From assembly GCA_905480105.1 (NCBI GenBank), contig CAJQPC010000071.1:55594-119593 (forward strand): a stretch of 64,000 bases of DNA. The letters run 5' to 3'. This stretch comes from an uncultured bacterium (GTDB taxonomy: Bacteria > Myxococcota_A > UBA796 > CAJQPC01). The translations under genes were made by a program, and so were the position numbers. Below are positions 1 through 8,407 of this stretch, one piece after another (within the stretch, counting starts at the first letter, position 1; each line of letters starts with the position of its first letter). The notes below the pieces were generated by a model. It saw only the letters and a program-made list of their open reading frames with translations. It had not been told where the DNA came from and ran no database searches.

Positions 1-2
1 CA

Positions 3-137
3 CGCCAGGCAAAGCGAGAGGGGGACACCCCACCCGCAGACCTGCACACCAGCGTACTCATGGAGCGACAGGGTGCTCTGAATTGGATCGCCTGCAGAAA
101 CGACGCCGACTGGGACCAGGTCGACACCCAGACCTGA
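3..137 (+). CDS. 3' end of an upstream CDS that runs off the window (partial, product unknown)
   Basis: Frame 3 is open from the window edge to TGA at 135-137. Third codon positions are mostly G/C, as in neighbouring genes. No motif recognised. Confidence 0.3.
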   Translation, partial: RQAKREGDTPPADLHTSVLMERQGALNWIACRNDADWDQVDTQT

Positions 138-227
138 TGGAACACGAGCGAGACTCGGCCACAAATCAACGCTCCGACCACTCAAAACCACCCTCAGCGA
201 TCCCGCTCGCCTACCGTCCAGCTTGCA

Positions 228-917
228 TTGAGTCCCAACGTGCCCACCCCACCAGACATTCTGACCTACTACGAGCGCTTGGCGCCCACCTACGACGTGG
301 ATCGGTTTCAAAACTCCTACGGCCGCCACATCCACGCCCAGGAGACGCGTATTCTACGAGAGTTTCTGCCCGCATCAGGCCAAGTTTTGGACCTGGGGTG
401 CGGCACCGGCCGCTTCTTGGACCTGGCCACCGCAGGCACGGATCCCAGCCCAGCCATGCTGCAACAGGCGCGCATTCGTTACCCGGCACACGATCTACGT
501 CCCATGCCCACCCAAGACCTACCCTTCAAGCCCGGCACCTTCGACGCCGCCTTCAGCATGCACGTCTTTATGCACCTGAATTTGGCTAGGATACAAGCCT
601 TGCTCCAAGAGCTGCACCGGGTCGTGCGGCCAGGCGGCCACATCATTGTGGACGCACCTTCCCTGTCCCGCAGGCGACTCACACGAACACAACCCAGCGG
701 TTGGCATGGCGCGACAGCATTGGACTCTGGCCACCTGAGTGGCCTGGCAGGCCCTGGCTGGCGCTTGGTATCGGACCAGGGCATCCTGACCTTGCCCGTA
801 CACAGGTTCCCAGATTGGCTGCGCACCCCACTCCTCCCAGCCGACGAGGCCCTGTCCAAAGGCCCGCTGCGACGCCTCTCATCCTACAGAATCTACAAAT
901 TCCAAAGGTTAATGTGA
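228..917 (+). CDS. Class I SAM-dependent methyltransferase
   Basis: 229-aa ORF with SAM-binding motif I 'VLDLGCGTGRF' followed by 'FDAAFSMHVFMHL' and 'RVVRPGGHIIV' (UbiE/SmtA-like layout). TTG start. Confidence 0.8.
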   Translation: MSPNVPTPPDILTYYERLAPTYDVDRFQNSYGRHIHAQETRILREFLPASGQVLDLGCGTGRFLDLATAGTDPSPAMLQQARIRYPAHDLRPMPTQDLPFKPGTFDAAFSMHVFMHLNLARIQALLQELHRVVRPGGHIIVDAPSLSRRRLTRTQPSGWHGATALDSGHLSGLAGPGWRLVSDQGILTLPVHRFPDWLRTPLLPADEALSKGPLRRLSSYRIYKFQRLM

Positions 918-1627
918 GCTTCACACTGACCCTGCGGCGACACCTGCGGCAATTGCAGCGTTCTGTAGTCGATCGTCCCACGGCCTCGACTTGGCTACAA
1001 CAGAACACACCACAGACAGATTGGCTCGAACAATTACACCTTACCCAGGTCGTAAAGCCATCCTCCAGCACCGCGGCGAAGCTCAACAACATCGCTCTTG
1101 CCGCGAGTCACATCAACGACCGCGAGTGGGTGCCTGATCAGCGTTTTGTATTCTGGCACCTTGTGGGCCAACCCAGTCAGGAAAGGGGTTTCCAAGCCGG
1201 CCGCAGTCTGCTTGGAGGCGAGCTGGTCTCGGACATGGGTGGCGGACTGTGTCAGCTGGCGGGAGGAATGTATCACTTGGCCCTGCAAGCCGGCTTGGGA
1301 ATCGAGGAGCGACACAACCACAGCGTTGATCTGTACACACCGGCCACGCGCTATACCCCCCTGGGATCTGACGCTGCCGTGGCCTGGGCGTTCAAAGACC
1401 TGCGCCTAATCAATACGCTGGGTCAAAACATAGCCTGGCGAATCACCATTCGAAAAGACGCCGTACGCTTTGCACTTCACGCGGAGCACCCAATCGCGGA
1501 GTGCCCCATTCGTTTCGAACGGCTTCCGGACCTGGTTGGAGGCCGCCAAGTTCGTACCTGGCGTGCCAGGGGAGGAGCAGTGGAGCAGATCAACCACTCT
1601 ACTTACAAGTTGCCCATACAGAGCTAA
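914..1627 (+). CDS. VanW-domain protein
   Basis: VanW-like core 'GGGLCQLAGGMYHLALQAGL..ERHNHS'. I place the start at GTG 914, which overlaps the methyltransferase stop (GTGA). The longer ORF from 701 would overlap the upstream gene by 217 nt. Confidence 0.7.
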   Translation: MSFTLTLRRHLRQLQRSVVDRPTASTWLQQNTPQTDWLEQLHLTQVVKPSSSTAAKLNNIALAASHINDREWVPDQRFVFWHLVGQPSQERGFQAGRSLLGGELVSDMGGGLCQLAGGMYHLALQAGLGIEERHNHSVDLYTPATRYTPLGSDAAVAWAFKDLRLINTLGQNIAWRITIRKDAVRFALHAEHPIAECPIRFERLPDLVGGRQVRTWRARGGAVEQINHSTYKLPIQS

Positions 1628-2019
1628 TCAGTTCCGAGACGAGCCAAGACACTCTCAGGCAACGCAATCAGCTTGTACTCTCTGTCCACACAAGCCAGCT
1701 CGACCTGACCGTCCACCATAGGGAACTTGCCATCGGGGCGCCAAATTTGCTGTGTGAACACCAAGCGATAATTGCTCTCCTTTTTGACCGAAGTACGCAC
1801 CTGTACCAGATCCCCAAAGCGTGCGCCCTCCTTGAACTTTAATGTAGCCTTGTACACGACAAAGCCCACACCGTCCTGGTCCCACATCCGAACCAACTCG
1901 GGCACACCCAGCAGGTGCTCACGAGCGCGCTCAAAATACTTTAGATAATTGGCGTGATAAACCACGCCCGAATGGTCGGTGTCTTCGTAATAGATCTGGA
2001 CGGGCAGGATGGTGTTCAT
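1624..2019 (-). CDS. Acyl-CoA thioesterase, YbgC/FadM (4HBT hot-dog) family
   Basis: 131 aa. N-terminus 'VQIYYEDTDHSGVVYHANYLKYFERAREHLLG' is the canonical YbgC/4HBT signature. Confidence 0.9.
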   Translation of the reverse strand: MNTILPVQIYYEDTDHSGVVYHANYLKYFERAREHLLGVPELVRMWDQDGVGFVVYKATLKFKEGARFGDLVQVRTSVKKESNYRLVFTQQIWRPDGKFPMVDGQVELACVDREYKLIALPESVLARLGTD

Positions 2020-2337
2020 CCCCGCCTATTAACGTCCCCTGGTGCATCCGTTCAACCAAGGGACAAGGACGTCCCTGATCAATGAAACTGCGCGAGCCAC
2101 TGCGGCCGCAAACACACGTGCACAGACACTCGGCGTGAACAGCGGGGGACGGTCTGGGGCGAGACCTGGACCATGGACCGCACACCTGGGCCGGGATTCC
2201 TATTCCCTGACATTTGCCGAATCGGAAGCCGAGCAGCCAGAAAGGAAGGATTTTTCGCGAACCACTGGCCCGATCCATTGTCCGGTAAAACACGGGCGGC
2301 GCTCAGGGCACCGCTCAGTGAGACACGGAGACGCGCG

Positions 2338-3630
2338 ATGTCGCTCAACAGCACTGCTCTGCCTGCAACACGGGCCCTACGAATCGGAGTCGTCCACAAA
2401 GGACGCGTGGTGCACGAGCAAGTCTTCTCAGAGTCCGAGCGCATCCGTATTGGCAGCGACCGCAACGCCGATATCGTCCTGGCGCCGGGGACAGTCCCTC
2501 GCTGCCGAACGCTGTTCAACAAGCAGGGAGATGCCTGGCAGCTCTGTCTACAGGCCCAGGATCAAGGTCGTCTCTCCAAAGGTCCCATTCGGGATCTGGC
2601 TCAGTGCATCGCCGCTGGGAAGACCCAAGTCTCTCTGGATTGCAGCGGGAAAGGCAAGATCTCCCTCGGCCAGGTCACGGTACTCTTCCAACTCATCCCT
2701 GCACCCGCCGGCCGACTGCAAGCGGGGGCATTTAGGCCACGCCTTGTGGAAGAGGATGACCCCGTCTTCTTGGGTTCACTGGCGCTGATCTCCAGCGCCG
2801 CCGCTGTGCTGATGATCTGGGTGGTTCAGCAGGAGCCCCTCGTGCGCTTGACCATCGAGGAGGTGCCGCCGCACATCGCCGAGATGATCTTTGTGCAGCC
2901 GGCCCCCAAGCCAGTCCCAGAGCTTGGGGTCCTGAGGGATCCAGAGGCGCCTGCTACAGCAGTAAAGCGGGTGGAGACGCTCGTGGTGGAGCAGCCCGAC
3001 TTAGGTATCGGCAGCTCTCCACGCAGCGCCGGAGAACGCAAAGTTCTGGCACAACAGACCGTGCACAACGCCTTAGACGTCTTCGGTCTTGGAAACCAAG
3101 GGGAGTCCAGGTTCCAAACCCTAATCTCAGACCGCGGCTCAGAGGTCGAGGACCTATTTGCAGAAAAGATAGCCAACAGTATCGGGCAGGTTCAGACCGC
3201 CACGATGGGGCCGAGTATTCGACGTGGCAGCAACAGTGAACTGACCATTGGGTCAGTGGTCCTGGAGCAGACCGAGACCCACGCCAGTCAGGTAGCCACA
3301 AACCCGGTTGTTGATGTGATGGGTCGCGCACCCAACACAGAGGAGTTGGTCACAGGCGACAACCAGGCCCTAGAAAAGCTGCTGCGTAGGCAGCTTGGTC
3401 CCGCCGTAAAGACCTGCTACGAGCAGGTGCTCAACTCGAACCCGTCTGCAGAAGGCCGCATTGAGGTGCGCTTAGAGCTCTTCGACGGTGAGGTGATGGA
3501 GCTCACCATGGTCTACAACGAGATCGCCCCCCAGATGGGCACCTGCCTGAGCCGAGCCGCCAACCGGTGGAGTTTTGGCTTGGCCGAGGGCAGCGTGGTC
3601 ATGCCCTACGTACTGAGTCACTCTGAGTAA
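2338..3630 (+). CDS. Membrane-anchored protein with TonB-C/AgmX-PglI-like C-terminal domain
   Basis: ATG at 2338 ('MSLNSTALPATRALRIGVVHKGR'). Central hydrophobic helix 'FLGSLALISSAAAVLMIWVV'. C-terminus 'CYEQVLNSNPSAEGRIEVRLELFDGEV...CLSRAANRWSF' resembles the AgmX/PglI C-terminal domain. The start is uncertain (the ORF is open from 2173). Confidence 0.65.
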   Translation: MSLNSTALPATRALRIGVVHKGRVVHEQVFSESERIRIGSDRNADIVLAPGTVPRCRTLFNKQGDAWQLCLQAQDQGRLSKGPIRDLAQCIAAGKTQVSLDCSGKGKISLGQVTVLFQLIPAPAGRLQAGAFRPRLVEEDDPVFLGSLALISSAAAVLMIWVVQQEPLVRLTIEEVPPHIAEMIFVQPAPKPVPELGVLRDPEAPATAVKRVETLVVEQPDLGIGSSPRSAGERKVLAQQTVHNALDVFGLGNQGESRFQTLISDRGSEVEDLFAEKIANSIGQVQTATMGPSIRRGSNSELTIGSVVLEQTETHASQVATNPVVDVMGRAPNTEELVTGDNQALEKLLRRQLGPAVKTCYEQVLNSNPSAEGRIEVRLELFDGEVMELTMVYNEIAPQMGTCLSRAANRWSFGLAEGSVVMPYVLSHSE

Positions 3631-3735
3631 TACACCGCCGCTGCTCTAATGACCGTCACCAAAGTCTTGGCCCTTTCATCGCGCCCAAACAGCCCGGTCT
3701 GGCCAGACAAGACGGCCAAGTGGCCACGTCAAGTG

Positions 3736-4173
3736 CTACCGAGACGCCTCGCCAACGACAGAAATCACAAAGCACCGGTCTGAACGTTCCAAGCCGTGCT
3801 GCGGGTCCACCCAGACAGCCACCGCTGGGCCCGCGTAGACCGCCACACGAAACTCCAAGTCCAGCTCACTCACAGATTCCATGGCCTGAGGGTCCAAGAC
3901 GAGGTGACACATCGTGAGTGAGTGCTCTCCCAGGGCATATCCCGCCTGAAACCCATCCAAGCTCGAATCCGTCTCTACCGCAGTGCGCGCCCCCCTATTC
4001 GACCCGAGCCGCTGGCTCAGTAACGACCACGCATGTTCAAACATGGTTCGCACAACAAAGGCCGGCTCCGCGAGCCAACCCAACTTCCAGCCCGCCCACC
4101 AGGTCCCATACATGGTAGCGACAACGCAGCCGAGCAGGAGCAAGTCCTGAACCATGAGATTGGGCAACGTCAC
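3736..4173 (-). CDS. Hypothetical small membrane-anchored protein
   Basis: 145-aa ORF. Its GTG start overlaps the gluQ stop (GTGA). N-terminal hydrophobic segment 'LLLLGCVVATMYGTWWAGWKLGW'. G/C-rich third positions. No family recognised. Confidence 0.45.
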   Translation of the reverse strand: MTLPNLMVQDLLLLGCVVATMYGTWWAGWKLGWLAEPAFVVRTMFEHAWSLLSQRLGSNRGARTAVETDSSLDGFQAGYALGEHSLTMCHLVLDPQAMESVSELDLEFRVAVYAGPAVAVWVDPQHGLERSDRCFVISVVGEASR

Positions 4174-5000
4174 GCTCTAAACCCAGGAAGAAGAGTGTTC
4201 AGATTTGGGGCTACGCAGGTCCCTCCCTGCACCTTCGACGCGTCGAATTCAGCGCCGGCCAAACCCTGGCCTTGGCAGCCCAGCAGCGGCAGCAAAGCAG
4301 CCCAGATCTGTTCTTGTGTCACCCCAGCATCCCGGAGCGCACGAATTTCTGTGCTGCCGTGGCTCTTGCTCAGCTTGCGGCCATCCGGGCCCAGGAGCAG
4401 GGGCACATGCAGCCAGCTTGGTTGTGCCCAACCCAAGTATTGATAGATCTCTACCTGCACCGCGGTAGGCTCCAGCAGGTCTCCCCCACGCACGACCTGT
4501 GTCACCCCATCCAAATAGTCGTCCAGCACGACAGCCAGTGGGTAGCCAGGCTCACCGCCACGCCGCAAAAGCACCGCGTCTTGGTCCGGAACGAAACTCT
4601 GGGGCCCTTGCGCCCTGTCCAGAAAATGTATCAATTCTTGCTTGGAGCGCAGCCGCACCGCCCCCGTCACTGATGGTGTATCCCGGTGCGAACACACTCC
4701 AGCCAAGCGCCGCTTTCGGCTGCAGTCACACCGGTAGGTCGGCAAGCCCTCAGTCCGGTAGCTACGAGTGGACTGGGCCGGAACCTCACGATCCCAGTGT
4801 AGCCCAAGCCACTCCAGATCTCGCCGCTGCCCGTCCGCGATATCCCTGCGTGACCGTCCTTGGTCCAGATCCTCCAGTCGCAGGAGCAGCTCGCCTTGCA
4901 CCGCGCGTACGGACAACCAGGCCGCACCAAAAGCCAAGGCGTTGCCCAGGTGCAGGTGCCCAGAGGGTGTGGGAGCCAAGCGACCCCGAGCGACGCCCAT
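4170..5000 (-). CDS. gluQ: tRNA glutamyl-Q(34) synthetase (GluQRS, truncated GluRS paralogue)
   Basis: Class I aaRS motifs 'RLAPTPSGHLHLGNALAF' (HIGH-type) and 'KLSKSHGS' (KMSKS-type), at a size typical of GluQ. ATG at 5000 shares one base with the upstream stop (TGATG). Confidence 0.85.
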   Translation of the reverse strand: MGVARGRLAPTPSGHLHLGNALAFGAAWLSVRAVQGELLLRLEDLDQGRSRRDIADGQRRDLEWLGLHWDREVPAQSTRSYRTEGLPTYRCDCSRKRRLAGVCSHRDTPSVTGAVRLRSKQELIHFLDRAQGPQSFVPDQDAVLLRRGGEPGYPLAVVLDDYLDGVTQVVRGGDLLEPTAVQVEIYQYLGWAQPSWLHVPLLLGPDGRKLSKSHGSTEIRALRDAGVTQEQIWAALLPLLGCQGQGLAGAEFDASKVQGGTCVAPNLNTLLPGFRA

Positions 5001-8000
5001 CAGCGCCCGCAGCTCAGATTCGCCTGGGTGGGATGAAAGACCTCGCGGGAGAGCCCCTCGGCGGCCACGTCCTGTGGTGAGAAAGGAATGGTCAGGGCCT
5101 GGTTGCCCAGCCACAACTCCGCTTGGTCTGCGAAGTGGGGATCGCCGGCCAAGCCGCTCTGCCCACCTGGGATGATGTTTACGACTTCGACGCTGTCTTG
5201 GCCCAGTGCAACGACCATGCGGAAGACTGGCCCAGAGCCATAGTCAAAGTTGTCCGTGGAAAAGCCGTTGTTGGCAGCGTCCACCGCCAGTGTGTCTCCG
5301 TGGCGAGGGAAACCGACCAAATCGTTCCGGGGGTCGTCCCGATCCAGGTCCGGCGCAATGGGGAGCAGGTCGGTGGTGATCGAAAAGGGCTCGGTCAGGA
5401 AGGAAAAGTCGTCTCCCAAGAAGCTGGCCAGGATGCTGTCAAAGCGCACAACATGCTTCAAACCCCAGATCCAGTTCTTCATCTCGGGGCTTCCGTAACC
5501 GCCGCGCTCTCGCTCTTCGCTCTCAGACTCCAGCCAGAGGAAGGAATCGAGCAAGGCCATAAGGGCAATCTCTTGAGAGACTTCTATTTCGGTCGTGTCC
5601 TTGATGTCGAAGAAGATGGACTCGCCGGTCTCCTCGTTCCAAGCCGCCAGCTCTCCAGGATTGTTCTCACCCCTCCCATCGACCATGAGGGTCAGGGCAC
5701 GGGTGATGCCGGTGGCGCCAGTGGGCTCCCAGACATCCGGCATGCCCTCGTCGCTAAACACCATGGACTGAAAGCGGCCCATCCATGCGTTGTGGATGGT
5801 CGTCGCCACAGCCATGGTGGCCTCGTTCTCTCCCGGGGTGTGATAAAAAGTTTCCACGCCAGACAGTGCAGGATAATCGGCGTCCTTCCAAGCCTGCAGA
5901 TAAACAAGGGCCTCATCCATACGGTCTGCATCCTGCAGATACAGGTCGAGAATGCGCGCCTCGATGTCTGTGAGAGGACCGTCGGTAGACGCCAAGACTT
6001 GAGCCAGCTCGATGGACTCCACCAATACGGGGCCAAAAGCCGCGCCCAGAGAGGACTTGATGTCCCCCTGGATACTCTGCATTTCTTCAATGTCTGCGCG
6101 GTTCTCAGCGATGGCCTGGGAAAGCAGTGTATCGATGCGGTCCGCACGGTAGCCCTCGATCCAGGAGCCGCCGATGTACCACGGATCGTTGGTCAGCGAA
6201 TCGTCGGTGCTGATGTTGCCTGGGTCGTTGTTCGCGGTGAACACATACCCCTGCTCAGGGTTGAGACTCTGTGGGTACACATCCAGTGGCACCACACACT
6301 TATAGGGGTCAGACTCCCCCTCCACCACCCAACCGTCGGCCGTGGGGATCTCAAAGCCAGAGTATCGGGTGCCGTCCAGGACCTGCTGCGGATTGGAGCC
6401 CGGCAGCCAGCTGCCATCAGCGGCACGCTCCAAGTACTCACGGCAGGGAACAGCCTGGTAGCCAGTGTAGTAGATCTGGCCACTAGAGTCGGAGACCGTG
6501 AAGTTCTGACTGTAGGCCACTAGACCCAGGGTGGCCTGACGGAAGTCTTGCACGGTCTCGCTGTGACCAAATGCGTCCAGCGCCTGGAGCATGTTCCCGT
6601 TGTCCAAACCGGTATAGTCAAAGCTCAAGGCGGTCACAATGCCGTCGCCGTCTATATCCTTGGGCACCACAAAGTCGCCGCCCAACATAATCACAGTCTC
6701 ACCGGACTGTACTTCATAGTCTGCGCTAACCGCATCCCCTTCTATGTCGGCCAGCCAGCGGCCATCAAAGGTGGTGTATCTCCGCCAGATCTCGGTGCGA
6801 CCCTGAGAGTCCAGCAGCGGGATGTCGGCCACAACAAAGGACTCATCCACAGCCGAGAGAGCCTTTTGCTCCCCTTGAAAGAGGGTGGAGAGAGGCGCGC
6901 CGTCGGCATCCAGGGTGAGTTCCTCGCGATACCAATCCGTGATGTCGCCCATCAGCTGGGTCTGACTCCAGGCAACCTTTCCGTTGGTACCCACTGCCAT
7001 GTAGGGCATGCCGGGGATGGTCAGACCCAGCTGGTGGGTGTCTCCGCCGCCAAGAAGCTCGGTGTCCAGGCCCACCTGCCAAAACAGGCCCGGGATATCC
7101 AGGGCCAAATGTCCGTCACCAGCCATCAGGCTACGGCCATCCGGAGTCGCACTGCCGGCCACGGCCCAGGCGTTGGACCCAAAGCCCATGTTCCAGTCGT
7201 GGCCCAGACGCTCCTGCAGCCTGTCATTGCGGTCAGCGGCTCGGTTGAGCAGACCTGTCTCAATGCGTTGAGCATGAGGATCCGCCTTGGGACTACCACC
7301 GGGCCCTGGGGGTCCTTCCACGCCCTGCTCGTTCCAGCCTCCTTCCGACGAAGAGGCCAGCTTCGGCGGTGCGACCCGCCACCAGATGTCCTGGTATACG
7401 CCTGCTTGACGGAGTTCCGCATAGGGGGCTCCGTCAAAGAGACCCGGCAAGGTCGCTTCTGTGCGGGCCCGTCCCACGTCCCCAGTCTCGTAGCCCAGGT
7501 TGTAGATAATGGTCGCGGCCACTCCAGCCACCGAGCGCCGGTCAAAGGGCTGCATCAGATCGGTGGACTCCTCGGCCCCCAGGAAGTTGCCGGCCAGCTC
7601 CAGCTCAGAGGGGGGCGGCACCGCACCGGTGGACGCCGCCAAGATGTATGCGTTGATGCCCTCGGCATATGCATCCATCCACTCCTCTTGATCTGGAGAG
7701 AGGTTGGCGAGCACCTGCTCGGCCACAAAGGTCATGCCGCTGGAACGGCTCTCCATGTCCGACTCCAAGGCATCGTTGCCCAAGAGCTCGGAGACCGTGC
7801 CCAAGCCCAAGCGACGGGCCAGGTCGATCTCGAAGAAGCGGTCCTGAGCAGCTACAAAGCCCATCACACGTGCCAGGTCCACGCGGTCCTCGGCGTAGAT
7901 GTGCGGGACATTCGCCTCCGTTCGCACCACCTGCGCCTCGCAGCGCAGGCCCGGTAGATATCGAGAGACATCCATCGGAACGCTCTCGATGACGGGAGGC

Positions 8001-8038
8001 TCGTAGGCGGGGGGGCATCCAAGGAGGATAAGCAGCAT
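5000..8038 (-). CDS. Penicillin/AHL-acylase family (Ntn hydrolase, peptidase S45) lipoprotein
   Basis: The 'NMGFGSNAWAVAGS' segment matches the autoprocessing site and N-terminal nucleophile Ser of penicillin-amidase family proteins. Start at ATG 8038 gives the lipobox 'MLLILLGC' and is preceded by AAGGAA. Confidence 0.85.
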   Translation of the reverse strand: MLLILLGCPPAYEPPVIESVPMDVSRYLPGLRCEAQVVRTEANVPHIYAEDRVDLARVMGFVAAQDRFFEIDLARRLGLGTVSELLGNDALESDMESRSSGMTFVAEQVLANLSPDQEEWMDAYAEGINAYILAASTGAVPPPSELELAGNFLGAEESTDLMQPFDRRSVAGVAATIIYNLGYETGDVGRARTEATLPGLFDGAPYAELRQAGVYQDIWWRVAPPKLASSSEGGWNEQGVEGPPGPGGSPKADPHAQRIETGLLNRAADRNDRLQERLGHDWNMGFGSNAWAVAGSATPDGRSLMAGDGHLALDIPGLFWQVGLDTELLGGGDTHQLGLTIPGMPYMAVGTNGKVAWSQTQLMGDITDWYREELTLDADGAPLSTLFQGEQKALSAVDESFVVADIPLLDSQGRTEIWRRYTTFDGRWLADIEGDAVSADYEVQSGETVIMLGGDFVVPKDIDGDGIVTALSFDYTGLDNGNMLQALDAFGHSETVQDFRQATLGLVAYSQNFTVSDSSGQIYYTGYQAVPCREYLERAADGSWLPGSNPQQVLDGTRYSGFEIPTADGWVVEGESDPYKCVVPLDVYPQSLNPEQGYVFTANNDPGNISTDDSLTNDPWYIGGSWIEGYRADRIDTLLSQAIAENRADIEEMQSIQGDIKSSLGAAFGPVLVESIELAQVLASTDGPLTDIEARILDLYLQDADRMDEALVYLQAWKDADYPALSGVETFYHTPGENEATMAVATTIHNAWMGRFQSMVFSDEGMPDVWEPTGATGITRALTLMVDGRGENNPGELAAWNEETGESIFFDIKDTTEIEVSQEIALMALLDSFLWLESESEERERGGYGSPEMKNWIWGLKHVVRFDSILASFLGDDFSFLTEPFSITTDLLPIAPDLDRDDPRNDLVGFPRHGDTLAVDAANNGFSTDNFDYGSGPVFRMVVALGQDSVEVVNIIPGGQSGLAGDPHFADQAELWLGNQALTIPFSPQDVAAEGLSREVFHPTQANLSCGR

Positions 8039-8065
8039 GGGCGGTTCCTTTCCTAGCCACACGAC

Positions 8066-8404
8066 CTATCCGCCAGCACGCTCCCGCGCGAGGGCCCGCA
8101 AGGACAGGCGCCACGAGTCGACCAAGGCGTTCTTCATGCGCACCCGCCCGCGGCGCACCCGCCCTTGCGCCTCCAAAGCGCTCAAGACTTGGACCAGCGC
8201 CTGGATTCCATCCCTTCGGGCCAAGATGGGATTGTCCGGGTTCGCAGTCAGGCTTAGAGCAATATGGGGCGGCAAGCTGTCTAGGATCTGCGGCAGAGAA
8301 AACCCACCCATCGCCAACATTCTCAGCGCGGCGCCAGGGGTGCCGGGGAGAAGAACCCGCAGCAATGCGGCTTCCAGACTCGGATCGATGAAGTTAGTTT
8401 CCAC
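8066..8404 (-). CDS. Hypothetical protein (doubtful)
   Basis: 112-aa ORF with G/C-rich third positions and no recognisable motif. It fills the divergent region between the acylase and GH92 genes, and its start is only 3 nt from the GH92 start. Confidence 0.35.
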   Translation of the reverse strand: METNFIDPSLEAALLRVLLPGTPGAALRMLAMGGFSLPQILDSLPPHIALSLTANPDNPILARRDGIQALVQVLSALEAQGRVRRGRVRMKNALVDSWRLSLRALARERAGG

Positions 8405-8407
8405 ACC

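Noticed and set aside
5123-7957. Two long plus-strand ORFs (5123-6523, 466 aa; 6548-7957, 469 aa) antisense to the acylase gene
   Set aside because: These are typical shadow ORFs of a high-GC gene. Their composition is Gly/Val/Ala/Arg/His-rich with no motifs, whereas the opposite strand carries clear penicillin-acylase signatures.
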